Notes: generated by a model not told the origin, from the sequence alone. Positions 33,860 to 46,683 are shown, counted from the whole stretch's first letter. The stretch is DNA of 49,756 nt, filler included, from Sphacelaria rigidula (GCA_964200075.2; 3 parts of 3 records of this genome joined end to end with filler, not necessarily neighbours in it); one strand, 5' to 3'. Program-made: numbers and translations.

Positions 33860-36800
33860 TGGATGTCGGAGAGAGGGGTGATTTGGTACACGTGACATCG
33901 GGTGGGGCGTACGGAATCATGGCCAAACGTACGGTGCGCCCGCGCGGAGCATTGGGTCGAACAAGCGTCGGCTTTTTGCTAGCCCGTCGTCAGGGAGTTT
34001 GTTCCAGAGAAGTTATTACTGTAATCAACCATCGGATGCGAGAAGGATCTCTTTTTGTGGGTGGGTACTAGGCCTTTGAGCTGCTGCCCGCCCTCCCTGC
34101 TATCCGTCCTGCCTGTCGAGTCTTGTCTGTGTCTAGGTTGCTTGCCATGCCGCCTTCCCTAGCCGGCAAGTTGCCTACCTCGTCAGTTCAATAACTTCAT
34201 CTGGCATATCGTGAGCCAGTTCCGTACTGATGATTTCTTGTGGTCAATTCTTGTTGATGGTCTCGCATGCTTCCGGCACGACTTCTCATTGTATAACATG
34301 GTGTGGTCATTCCATCCATGTTGGGCACTGCGATGACTGGTGCTCATGGCGCCGTCAGCTCTGCTGACATGCCCCATGTTGGTGCACTCCTGAGGAAGAT
34401 CTTCCTGCGTGCGGCGAGATCTGCACACCCTGAACACGTGGGGGCGCTGGTTGGATATCGGGGGAAAGGCCTCAGGTACACGCGACATCGGGCGGAGTGT
34501 ACGGAGGGAAATCGAACCCCTCACGACAAGTTGGCAGAGGTGGAGCTCGTTCGGCCCCTCACTCCAAGAGAGCGCCGGATTGAACAAGCTTCGGCCTCTG
34601 CAAACTTGCCCGTCGTGGAGGAAATGTTTTCTCGTCACACCACCTGGTTCACGCGCACCTGGTTGGTCACCTTGATACTTTCTGTTGGCTCCTTGCTAGG
34701 GTGCGATCGCCCGTTAAATTCGTGTGCAACCTCGAATCGCTATAGCGCTCGTGGGGTGTTGAGCATGGAGGGTACGTAGTACACTCGCGTAGAGCGTCGG
34801 GTTGAGCTAGTCCCGCCTCTGTGTACCTGACCTTGTCCAAAAAATTGTTTCTGTGACAAGCGCTTGGTTCAGTATGCCTGAATACCTCGTCATCTTAATC
34901 ATCATTTGCTGATATCTTGGCGAGGTTGACGCCATGGTGCAGCTCACAACTAGTTCCACGGGCAAGACCACATGTACGGCAAACTCTTGTCGGACCACAC
35001 GCAGAGCTATCCCCCGATCACATGGATGTATCCACCCCGCGATGTTCCGCCGCGACTCGACACATGTGCGGTGGGAGGCAACTCAGCCGGTCGGGGAAAA
35101 GGGTACCTGGTACACGTGATGTCGGGAGGGGTGTCCGGGGGAGGAATTTGCCCTCTCACGATGACAAGTGCACGGAGGTTGCGCTCGTTGGACCCAACAC
35201 TCCAGGAGAGCGTTGGCTCGAACGAGGTCCGCCTGCGCGTACTTGCCCTCGTCGACAGGGTTTGTTCCTGGGAGACACTTCCTGGTTCACGCGCACTTGA
35301 GGTCCTCGTCACCAGGCCGATCTTCGCTGAGCTATGACTACAGTTCGCAATGTTCTTGTCGGTCCGGGATGCCTGGTACCTGGTACACGTGACGTCGGCA
35401 GGCGTCAACGGGGGAGAAATTTACCCCCTCGACGATAGGTACGAGGAGGCGGCGCTCGTTGGACCCAACACTCCGGGAGAGCGTTGGGCTTGAATGAGGT
35501 CCGCCTCCGCGTATCGCCCTCGTGGAGAAAGTTTATTCTTTGGAGACACATCCTGCTGTACGCGCGCTTGGGAACGTCGTTACCGCATCTACTACGCTAG
35601 GCTGTGGTTAAATTTTGCCTTTTCCTTGTCGGTCCAAGATGCCGTCGCGCTACCTGGTACGTGACATCGGGAGGTGTGCACGAGGGAGAAATTTACCCTC
35701 TCACGACGATGGGTACAAGGAGGCGGTGCTTGTTGGACCCAACACTCGGGGAGAGCGTTGGCTTGAACAAGGTCGACCTCGGCGTACCTGCCCTCGTAAA
35801 GGAAGTTCGTTCTTCGGAGACACATCCTGCTGTACGCGCGCTTGGGAACGTCGTTACCGCATCTACTACGCCAGGCCGTGGTTACATTTTGCAGCTTTCT
35901 TGTCGGTCCAAGATGCCGTCGCGCTACCTGGTACACGTGACATCGGGAGGTGTGCACGAGGGAGAAATTTACCCTCTCACGACGATGGGTACGAGGAGGC
36001 GGCGCTCGTTGGACCCAACACTCCGGGAGAGCGTTGGCTTGAATGAGGTCCGCCTCCGCGTATCGCCCTCGTGGAGAAAGTTTATTCTTTGGAGACACAT
36101 CCTGCTGTACGCGCAGTACAAGACGCCGTTACCGCATCTACTACGCCAGGCCGTGGTTACATTTTGCAGCGTTTATGTCGGTCCGAAATGCTCTAGTGCG
36201 ACGTGGTACACGTGACATCGGGAGGTGTGCACGGGGGAGAAATTGAACCTATGACGACAGGTACAAGGCGGCGGCTCTCGTTTGGTTCCACACTCCAGGA
36301 GAGCGTCGAGTTGAACGAGTTCCGCCTCCCTGTACTTGCCCTCCTGGGGGAAGTTTGTTCTCGGGGGACAGACACATCCTGCTGTACGCGCACTACAAGA
36401 CGCCGTTACCGCATCTACCACGCTGTGTTCGCTATCCTATGGTTGCCCTATCACATTCGTGTTGGTCCTAAATCCTGTAGCGCCGTGTACCTGCCTTTGT
36501 TTTGGGTAGAAATATTACCTCTCACGACGACAGATATTCCGCGGTTGCGCTTGTTCAGCCCCACACCCGAGAACAGCGTCGCGCCGAACGATCTCGGCAT
36601 CCGTGTACTTCCCGTCGTGGAAAAAGATTTTTCCCGTGGCATGCATCTGGTTCGAGCGCACCCAAGAAACTTCTCGCTGCACTAGCTCCGTCCTAGCATG
36701 TGGTCGTGTTTCGACACGTATCGTGCCTGTTGAACATCCTGTGGTGCTGATCATATGTGGGGGAGAGGGGCCTCGTGTAACACGCGGCATCGATCGGGGT

Positions 36801-36960
36801 GTCAGGTGAGAAATCAAACCTCTGACGATGATGGGTACATGGAAGCCGCGCTTGTGCGGCCCCACAATCCAGGAGAGCGTCGGGTCGAACGAACTCGGCA
36901 TCCATGTACCTACCCACCGTCGAGGACGTTTGGTATCGTGACACAACGTGATTCACGCGT
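33860..36960. repeat. Array of about 9 hairpin-containing units (core period 273-275 bp; diverged outer copies)
   Basis: The anchor TGGTACACGTGAC (with variants) occurs at 33884, 34474, 35108, 35381, 35655, 35929, 36204, ~36485 and ~36775. Each complete unit holds an imperfect inverted repeat around a central CCAACACTCC.GGAGAGCGTTGG. Confidence 0.92.
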
Positions 36961-38649
36961 GCACGAGGATTTCCTCAGACGGGGCAGCTTTGCGCACTCG
37001 CAACCGAAGACGGTATATATTGCGATAGCAAAATAATCTACTGCAGCAGATGCGAATAATATCGTTAGTAATGGCCATCGATCGGCGAATTTCTTTCTAT
37101 TTTCGTCGGCGATATTCTATCTACAGACGAGTTTCCCCCGCTCTTATTTGGGCAGCAGTCTGCTGTGGTCCTGCACCGAAATTCATTGCGGCCAACCAAA
37201 CGCACCGACCGAAAGCTTCACACACCCATTGACGACGGAAATGGCTTCGATAGACCGTGTGCCAAATATAATAATCACAACCATGGCTAGTGACATAGTA
37301 GAACAAATCTGTTGTCGGTACTGACTGACGATAGATGACAAATCTACGCATGCCGACGATGAAACGCGATAGATGAACACCAGAATCTCATCTGGTATAC
37401 GATGTCCATAGGTGAATATTCGATATCGGCTATTGTCACACATGATTGTCGAGGCTATTGCCACACCCTGGGCCTCAAAAATACGTGGAGAAACACCGGC
37501 GCTCGAATAGCCCCGAGAACTTGACGGCCAGGATTGATCGTTATAACCGACTGATACTAAGTTCTTCCGACAGCAACTGTAGGCGACAATAGATTCGTGA
37601 CAAAAAAAAAGGCTGGATCATTGCCGTCACAATGTGGGAACGAATTTGTCTGAACGTTTTATTTGATGGAATGGGCTCTGAAATATGGCCCACCAAAGAA
37701 CCTGTCGCGCGGCCCCCTCTGCGTGTTGCTGGACACGAAATGATATCAAGTGCGCCCACCAATGTCTGTTGAGGGACACGAAAGCACCTGCATCGCAGCC
37801 ACCAATGTCGACTGCTGGACACTGTAACCTGAATCGCGGCCACTGATATCTAAAGTAGGCAGCACCAGAAGTTTTGGAAGTCGTAGTTGTCGTTTTTTCT
37901 GATTTTTTCTGGAGTACCGTTTTTCACCACCACGTGAAAGTGCTAGCGCCGTTAGATTGAGGGAGAAAACAAAGGCCGCGCTCGAACTGTCTTGATACCC
38001 GTTTATCAGGAAAGTGTCTTTGACTGTTTTTGGTCCAATATGAGCAGTGTTCCCGCCCTTCAGCGACGAAACGGTGAATATTCAGACGAACGTAAACGTT
38101 TTCCCATGAGCACTCGAAAGTGCTAGCGTCGATAATTTTGTCAAGATGAGCAAACCGTGCACAAATTACAATCGCCCAAGTTGGTGTTGTGCGGGCGATA
38201 CCGGGTGAAGATCCCGTTTATCAGGAGAAAGTGCCATTGACGTAAATGGTCCAAGAAAGATGGTTTTCCTCCTCTAGCGCAGTGACCAGGTGGAATGTCA
38301 AGAAAATAATCCCGCTGGTTCTTTATCATACGATAGGGATCAAGGCGGTCCACCGAAAATATCGAAAAGCGAGAGCCTGGCGTCGTATTTTTGCAGGACC
38401 CCCAAAAGACGGTCAAGCCCGTAAGTCACTCTTCATTGATCTCATATGATTTTTCTTTCAATATTTGTCAAGAGGATTCAAATATCTCAGGATGCCAATT
38501 TTTTGGCATCCAACAGTCACTGTGATGCGCGGTGGCACGCAAAACAAATTTAGACCATCTTTGGGAAACGATGAGACGAGGGATTCTGCATACTTTTGAC
38601 GCCATCGATCCGTCAATCGCTATGCATGGGCGCTCCCGAGAAAAAATGA

Positions 38650-41600
38650 ATTGGCTGCTGATGGCGATGCTCATATGAAAAAATACGTCCTCCTGATATA
38701 CGGGGCAATTGCTACCGATGGACGACCCACAAACTCGGTGATGTTGGCGAAAACTATTTATGGATATGCCGGAGTGTGTCCGGCACATGCCGAGGTGAAG
38801 AGCTCGCTTACCTCTGACCCCGCCACCCCACCTTCGGTGGTGCGCGGAAGGTGTCGTTCACCGGTTTTTTTTCCGACACTGCTTGTGTTGTATTATTTTC
38901 ATGAAGCAGCTCGTTCTCATTTCCCAGGGTACGGTATCATTTGTTGAGATGAGGAGAGGTAACGAAAGGCAAGAAACGACGATCGGGACCCATTTTCGCC
39001 ACACTGGGTGAGCAAATGATCGTGAAATGCGAAATAGGAAGTGATGCGCCATCGAGCGGGGGGCGGTCAAGGAGGGAAAAGACGTGCGCGTGCAACGACT
39101 AGCCGATTGAGTATCGATTGGAAGAGCTGGAAGTGCCGTTGCACGCACATGGCAAGTGCGTTGCGGTCTGAAATATGTGGAGGGGGGGAAGGTGGAGCGC
39201 GAGTACAGAGTTCGAATGCTGTAGTTACAGACTACTCGTCGATGCCGGAACCATGTACCCGTACCCTTCACACCCAGGCTCTTCCAAAATCAGCGCCGTC
39301 GTTCGTCACAAGGTCGTCAACGGTACCAGTCACCCCGCTACCGCCATCTCAACGCCATATTCGATCGAGTTCCGTTGTCCCGTACTCAACATGTACCAGC
39401 GGAAGTCCTACATATCGTGGATCGACGAGTAGCGTGGCCCCACTGTGTAGCGGGGGAGGGGACGGGGACAAAATAAACGGTGCCGACATTGATCCATTGG
39501 AAGCTGGACCGGATGTATATCCGTTTGAGTTTAGAGATCCGTTGGAGGAGGGAGACGGAGAAAAGCAGTCGGATGCGGAAGTGGGCGACCGAGCCTTGGA
39601 GGCCCGGGGTGATGACGAGCATGGGGAGCAAGGAACAGGTGCAAACCATGAGCAGTCAGCGTGGGGTCGGCGGCCTACACATACATGAGGACCGTAGGTT
39701 CGATATGTTTGAAAGTCAAAGTCAGCAAAGGATGACTGTCCTGTTCTGGTTCGCGTTACTCCACCCCTACCCCACCCCACTCCGTATTGCTTGAATTGCT
39801 TGCCTCGACGATGACTGGGGAATAGGGCTGTCATCCTTTCAATTCCTTCCGGTCTTTGAAGCAAGTTCGCACGTTCGAGAGATGAAACACATACATGCCG
39901 CACGTCTAACACTTACGGTTTCGCGGAACGAGCAATATTTCGCTGTTGTGACATCGATAGCTATTCTACATTCATCTCGCGACATTTTCACACCCTGGAC
40001 AACAGTTCACGTTGTCGAAAAGTATACCGCGTACAGTATCGACTGCTACACATGCCCATGGTTGGCATGATGAGAGATTTCATACTGTATGCCGAATAAT
40101 TTTTGATGAACGTGGTCTGTTGTCGAGGGTAGAAAACATTTGACCATGGGCAGTATATATTGAAACGGTGCGATAGACAAGTGATCCAAGTCAAGTCGAG
40201 TCAACTCATTTCAACTACTAATATGTTTGTTCTGGGTGAGTGTGAAAAGGAACGTCGTATGTTCATGTTTACTGGAAAGATTTCATAGCAAATAGACTTC
40301 CGCCAAATAGAAGATTTTACAGCTGGTATACAGGGGGTGTGTTACAGCTGGTATACAGGGGGTGCGGTGGTATTCGGTGAGACGTCATGTACGCTATATA
40401 GCAGACAATATAGCGTTTTTCTAGACCTTGGGTATCCTGGGTCACACTTGCTCCGCAAGTTGTGTGAAGACGTGTAGAGACGAAATGCACGAAATTCGGA
40501 GAAGTTTTTGAAAATAACGCCTGAAGAAACTCATGACGAACTACTCTCCGCACTCATTCCCCCTTCCTGTCTACCGCTCCCTCCCTCCGCGTTTACCTCG
40601 CTTGCTTCGAAATGCACACGTAGTTTGTGGTGAAGATGGGGACGAGGCTACAAATGCGGTGGTGCCCCGTATAGTCGAGGTCAAACCTAAACGGGGAAGG
40701 CCCCGGAAGACAGTGACGATGTCGGAGGTTGCAGCCGACAACGTTTCCCAGAGCGGTAAACCAAAGCGCGGGAAACCGCGGAAGTCCGATACAGCCGAGA
40801 ATCCGATGGCGTACAACGGTGAAGAGGACGTGCAACACTTGCGGGTATCTCCATCGGATGTGCTCATGTTCATGCAGGAGAAAGGGGGCAGGCGAGTGGC
40901 TCAGCGATGAGGACAGACTGCGATGCATCGTCGCCCATTCTGCCGTGTATTTCATCTCACCGCGTGGTCGATGTACCGAAATATGTACCTGAGTAAGGGG
41001 TCACGAGAACGTGTGCTGTGGACTGTCCAATTGCTCGAGGTGGTCTCGTGTCAACGCGCATGGCTGCCCAAAAGCATTAGGTTACGCTCATCACTATTGA
41101 TAACCCTAAACAGCGGTAGGGTTTGGAGAGGTGGAGGAGCGCCCGATGGGTTGATCAGTTGTTGCTCCCCCGACCGCGTTCTCTGACATCGAGAACACTG
41201 TTGAAAATGCGACAAAAATATGATCCACCAATTTTTGTGGTGGTATGACACGGTGACCCCCTTGTGATCGGTAGGCAAAATGTTACGTCTAGAATGGGTA
41301 TGGTGCTTTTTCATTAGGGGGCGAAGAAGCGGGCAGTGAACGGTCCAACACGCGATATGTGATACCCATCCGTAATACTGCTGTTAAGTACTGTACATGA
41401 TCCCATATAAATATATCGCGGTACCGCATGTCGATGTCGAACGGCCACCTATACCGATTCACAAGAACAAGAATCGTCTGTGGTTCCTGGTAAGTTGATC
41501 CTTTATCTGGTGCAACTAGGGATTTCCCCTCGAAGGGGTGGCTTCCCTCTCATGTCCCACACACTTGAAATTAGAGCTCGGAAATGGTTTGTCCAACCAT

Positions 41601-42636
41601 GAACCAGTTGAATGGTTACGCGCAGCGCACTCATGAACCGGTTCAATAGTACATGATGGTTTTGTCATCGAGGGGTGCAGCCGCGAGCCAAAAAGCCTCC
41701 CCGGTAGAGGAGGTCCTGCCGGAGGCGCAACCGGAGGATCCCGCCCTGCGTGAGGCACGTTTTTACACATTTCGGCTCCAAGTGAGCTAAAAAATACATC
41801 CAATTTGGATCAACGTTCAAGGACTGGATGTACCATACATGATCGGTAACGGTTTATGAAGCCGGTAACGGTGAAAAATGGTTTGAAGCCATAATCCAAA
41901 AATTTCACATCAACACATGATAACGATGGGCAGTTATAACTGGTACTATTTTCGAGCAATACTGAAGTGAATTCGGTCGCGTGTTGATGATAGGGGTAAC
42001 ATGATTGGGAACTTCTCCAGTGATGATATTCCTGACAATAGTACAGCAACCAGACAGCCCCGGCCCATCGGTGTCCCGCATCATCATCTCACCATGAGTT
42101 GGCATGAGTTGGAGCTTATTTACCCCATTATCCCTGCTCCTTGCGCGTCTCCCGTTCCTACCTATGAACGACTCAGGCCCCGGAGCTTGAGGAGACGGAA
42201 GCGAGTCGACCCCATGTTTCCGAAAGATCACCCGTATCCGTTCGAATGGATCAACAACTGCGAACTTCCGCATGGATGTCGAGCACACTTCGTGAGTGAA
42301 CCGATCAGTTCCTGCCTGTTGAGTATGTATGCACAAACATCCTCTGGAATTGACAGTTGCAGCTTGAAAGAATGGATACGAGACAGAGACTGGTGGTCTG
42401 GCGGTCCAATGGTCGTGGAATCTTTTCTCGAGTATGAAATGAAGGTTAATTGGTCACGTTCGGGTACAGTTCCGCATCAACGCGAAATTCGCGAAAAGCG
42501 GCGAGCCCATCGGCAGAAGACATGGAAGTTGACGGAAAGTCGAGCGGGCCTGCCGGGAGGTGACCTGCAACACATATCGGCTTTGCTCGGCTACGAGCAA
42601 TCTATATCCCCATTTGTGGAGATACAGCACAAGTAG
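38650..42636 (+). pseudogene. Decayed multi-exon gene with two AT-hook-like motifs and Ulp1/SUMO-protease-like (peptidase C48) segments; probably transposon-borne
   Basis: KRGRPRK (40689-40709) and KRGKPRK (40764-40784). After a frameshift come GEWLSDE...VYFISP (40891-40962), YRNMYLSKGSRERVLWT (~40974-41024) and YKYIAVP...PIPIHKNKNRLWFL|GTAAG (41406-41489). Open frames also span 39041-39688 and 42001-42636. The family assignment rests on motif order only. Confidence 0.4.
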
Positions 42637-45535
42637 TTGCCCCTGACACTCTATTTGGAAACCCGGAGCTGCTGTTTCGCAAATCGAATGTCCAGCTGTG
42701 CGGTTGTTTGGCAGGTTTCTCACTCTGATATTTTGAGGAACAGGAAGTATCAACCGCTTTGCTAATCATACTTCTTTTTCACCAAATGGTCTCTACTTCT
42801 GTGTGTCTGACACGCTGGCTCAGGGTGAGTGTCCGTTTTTTTTTTTCACTCCCACACAGATTGCGAAACAGACACACGTACTAAAAATTGAACATGCTCA
42901 GATTTTTTCCTCGCGTTCTTTGCGGCGGTGCTGGTATCATGTTCCTCGCCCAATCATGGGCCTTCAAATTGGTCTGAAATTGTAAGCTTCTGTAACCAGC
43001 TAAGGGATTTAACGCCAAAGAACGATTTTCAAGCGGTTTGTATGCAATTGAGTTATACTCCAAAAACTGGTTTTTGATCATGTGTGGTCTTGCGTTGTCA
43101 AGCATCCCTTGATGAAGGCTGGGCCGCCGAAGACGCCCACTTTTCTTCAATCCGTTCTGACAAAGGGTATATCGCGAGTCGTGCCTACGATGACATCGTC
43201 ATAATCGGCAAATCATCACGCGTCTTCAAATCCATGTAGCACTGCGATCCGAAAAGGTCTTATCAAACGAAATACCAACCTGTAGTCAAGAGTGCGTTAT
43301 GCTGCGGAATTAGCCAAGAGAAACCGGCTGAGATTGTATTTTCCGTCACGGTCAGTTTTGTGCCGCGTGGTGCCTCACAACCTGTAGCTCAATTTCCGAG
43401 TTCAATACTTGGTCGTTTTCGGTGAAATTTTGACATGCTGGTGTCTGCTCAATTTTGGATCGTTTTCGATAAGTTTTGACACGACAAACATGACGTGATA
43501 CTCACACAGCCGCGTGACATTGTGATTGGCCAATTGTTCTCGATCTTGGCAGTTTGATACAGTGGTTGTGAACAAGAGGAAATAATTTCGAATCGTATCT
43601 GAAAGTTTACCTCATCTGTCATTTTGAAAAGCTCGCGCGAAGACTCATCGAAGCCGGTCGATCTCAGCTCAAGCGCACGAGGAAAATGACAGTAACACAG
43701 TTCAAGACGAGTGGTCTGACGGACTTTCCGTACGTTCCGTTTTTTTAAGTCGACATTCACTTCTCCCTGTGTTTTTTCCTTCGTATTCCGTCTTGCAAGT
43801 GTGTGTACCACGGGGGCACCGAAGAAGATAATGCACTCGCCGCTAAGCTTATCGGGAAGGTCAAGGGCACCTACAAGAATCTCATCAACGTGAGTGTGTG
43901 GAGGACGATGCCCGCGGTCCACCGGCCCGCAGGTCAATTTGGGTTTAGTTACAGTACACATCCGTGTTGCCTGCGAAGCAGATGAAAACAATTGAGGATG
44001 ATGGATCTCACGCGTTTCTGCGTTGTCGGGAGGAACGGACACAAAACGGAATGCGGGTCGACGAAGGAGAACATAGCTAACTACGCCTAGGTCTATGCGA
44101 TATATTGCGATATATTCTCATCTCTTCTCTTGCTACACTGCGACATGTGATGAGTTTATTGCACCAGCTCCAATTGACTGAGATATTCTCCCCTACACGA
44201 GACTGTGATCTCAACCCTCTGGTTCGTTTCCCTACTATGGTACCTACACCTTTTGATATCGTAATATATCGTTCATGGTGTGGAAACGGCTGTGAGGAGC
44301 ATAATAACGGTACATCACCCAACATTTTTTGCACTTTTTTTCGATCGAGGAAGTGCGATCCGTTTTTTTTGCCGATATGATGAGCCCACCGAATTTATCT
44401 CTTAAAAGACTCGATTCACAGTTATCATTCGTCGACCGCATGTTTACGGTCGAAAAGCACCACGCGGGCTTGACTTACATTGTACGGACCACAACGCCGG
44501 ATAACAGTGCTTGTCTTCAACACTAGCGAACCCCATACAAAATATTCCCCACCACCGCAACCCTTCAGCATGGAACACGAGGGACAACAGGGATAGATAC
44601 ACTGCAATATATTTGCGTATGCTTTTTGATCTTCAATTGGCGAATAAGTTGAGCATCTTCGTTCATGGTGGGAATTAGCGACGGTATGTGTGGCAAAGAG
44701 GGCAAAGCGGCTTGAGAACAAGCTTATGGACAATGCAGGTAACGCGGAGCTGCACCTAGTTGAAGTCCTGTCGCGTCGCATTTTAGGAACAGGCTTTCCT
44801 ACGCTGTCTGCGCTCGGTGTTGCCCGCATTTCATCAGCCTTCTGTGCGAAACACGCATACACACTTCAGACACAAATCATGTGAACAGTGCAGGCAGCAG
44901 ACTCTACCTTACTGTACACGAAGGATGTGCACGTTTGTGCGCGGCACGGAAGTACCGATTAAAATGCCACCTCTTCTTCTCCCCAAACTTGTCCGTCGAT
45001 TGATACGTGTTTCAATGCGATGTACCGGTGATCAGGTGTTGGAGATGAAAGCGGAGGAAGGTATTTTCATTCCGCGAGATATTGTTCTGAACGGCGGCCC
45101 CTTCGAGATTTGGCTCGAGTCCACTGATTGGGTGAGTTATTACACTAGCTGGTGAACGATGCCGTGCACGCGCGGAGGGGGGCGATGTGGGGGTTCGGGT
45201 TAGATGATACGTATTCGGCACTGTTTCAGAAATTGTTTCCTAATTTTTCCTGATTCATGTTCATCTGTGCCACCGTTCAGTCGCATTCAAGAGGAGTTCC
45301 CGGAGCCAGAAGGAAATTAACATCATGAAACAGATAACGGATCTATCAACCAACGAGCGGTTGTCGACACTTCTCTACGCTGTACATTTTGAACTAGAAT
45401 ATATATTTCAATTATTTTGTGCTCAAATCGAACGAGATATCGCCGGTTCGACTTGGAGAGAAATCATGGTTTAGTACGAGTGATGGTCATGTTCCACCGT
45501 CTGTTATTTCGTGCTTTCCCTGAAGTCGGTACTTG

Positions 45536-46013
45536 GGCCGGACGTCATTGCACACGATATTTGGCCCACGGATTGTTCACTTATGATACGTTTGACCGAC
45601 CTTTTTACCCAAGACATTGAAAACCGCCAACACACGTCTCGGACACTTTTCATCACCCCTCAGAGAAGCATAGCCCACTTTTCATATTCGGTTGGCTCCC
45701 ACGGTTTGAGAGTGGCCGCTGAAACATGGTCTGTGTGCAACAAAACCTGCGGCGATCTCTACAAGGATTATTCGGCAAACTGGAGGGGTTAGACGAGCAC
45801 AGAATTTTTGTACACAGTTTTTTTGTTCAGCGGGCAACCTCGAAACCGCGGAGGCAAGCGAATATGAAAAGTAAGCTAGGCTCTTTCCTCTCTGTGGGGT
45901 GTTGCAAAGTTTCCGAGACGTGTCTCCCCCTGTGTGCGGGTCCAAAAGTGAGTTGAACGTCCCCAACGTGAATAATCCGTGAGACAAAATTCTGTGTGCC
46001 ATTACATCCGGCC
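45536..46013. mobile_element. Fold-back/MITE-like element: ~215-bp imperfect inverted arms around a ~40-bp spacer
   Basis: The left arm GGCCGGACGTCATTGCACAC..CACGGATTGTTCAC..ACACGTCTCGGACACTTT..ACTTTTCATATTCGGTTGGCTCC..CCGCTGAA aligns along its length with the reverse complement of 45795-46013. Confidence 0.8.
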
Positions 46014-46683
46014 TCACGGCCATGATGTGACGAATAGCCCTGGTTGAACCCCCGAATTTTTTGGCCTCTCAGAATCAGTGAGCAACCCGGGATCGATTTG
46101 AAATTTGTCAAATGAACCCTAAATTTCCGAGCATGCAAACGGTTGGTACCCAACTCGAGGTTGTGACACGGATCTAGACTCTGCCCCCATAACGACGAAC
46201 GTTGGCGGATGCTGTGAACGCCCGCGGCAGCGCTTGTGGTCGTAGCTCGTTCACGGGGGCCACCCAAGACTACATCCCCGAGTCTAAAAGGAAGACTCGA
46301 ACGCGAATGGAAAAGTCGAGACACTCTTCCGACGTGAAATACGATGACGCAAAAGAGGGGGAGTTGGCCGCTCAAGCAGTCGGCACAAGGATTGTGGGGA
46401 CCACCTCCGCTCCTCCGCGTCATCTTGAGCGAGATCGACAGGTGTTTCTGTTCCCGCGTTCCCTTACACGCAGCTAGGTGGTAAACCTTCATTGAGAATG
46501 AAAAAAGTTCCATCACGATGTGCACACGTGTACTACAGACGGTTCAGTACAGAACACTTGAAACAGACAGCGTACAGAACTGTCTACAGTGCAACAGTAC
46601 GGAGGAGACCAGCCTAGGAACGGACACAACTCCCGAAGCAAAATCTCAGTGACACAGATGAGTTGAGCCGTGCTCCGCATGTC

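Noticed and set aside
33860-36960. CRISPR array or repeat-protein gene interpretation of the 274-bp array
   Set aside because: Units are long and homologous throughout, with no short repeat plus unique spacer pattern and no cas genes. Spacings of 273-275 bp shift the frame, so ORFs such as 35604-36215 are by-products.
39349-39912. Long minus-strand ORFs (also 45827-46525, 43449-44042, and plus-strand 8121-8684 and 23235-23807)
   Set aside because: They are antisense shadows of coding-like segments or chance frames across introns and repeats, with no recognisable domain.
40317-40365. Short local duplications (also 15470-15546, 24370-24416, 28255-28345)
   Set aside because: They are ordinary two-copy duplications with no further structure.
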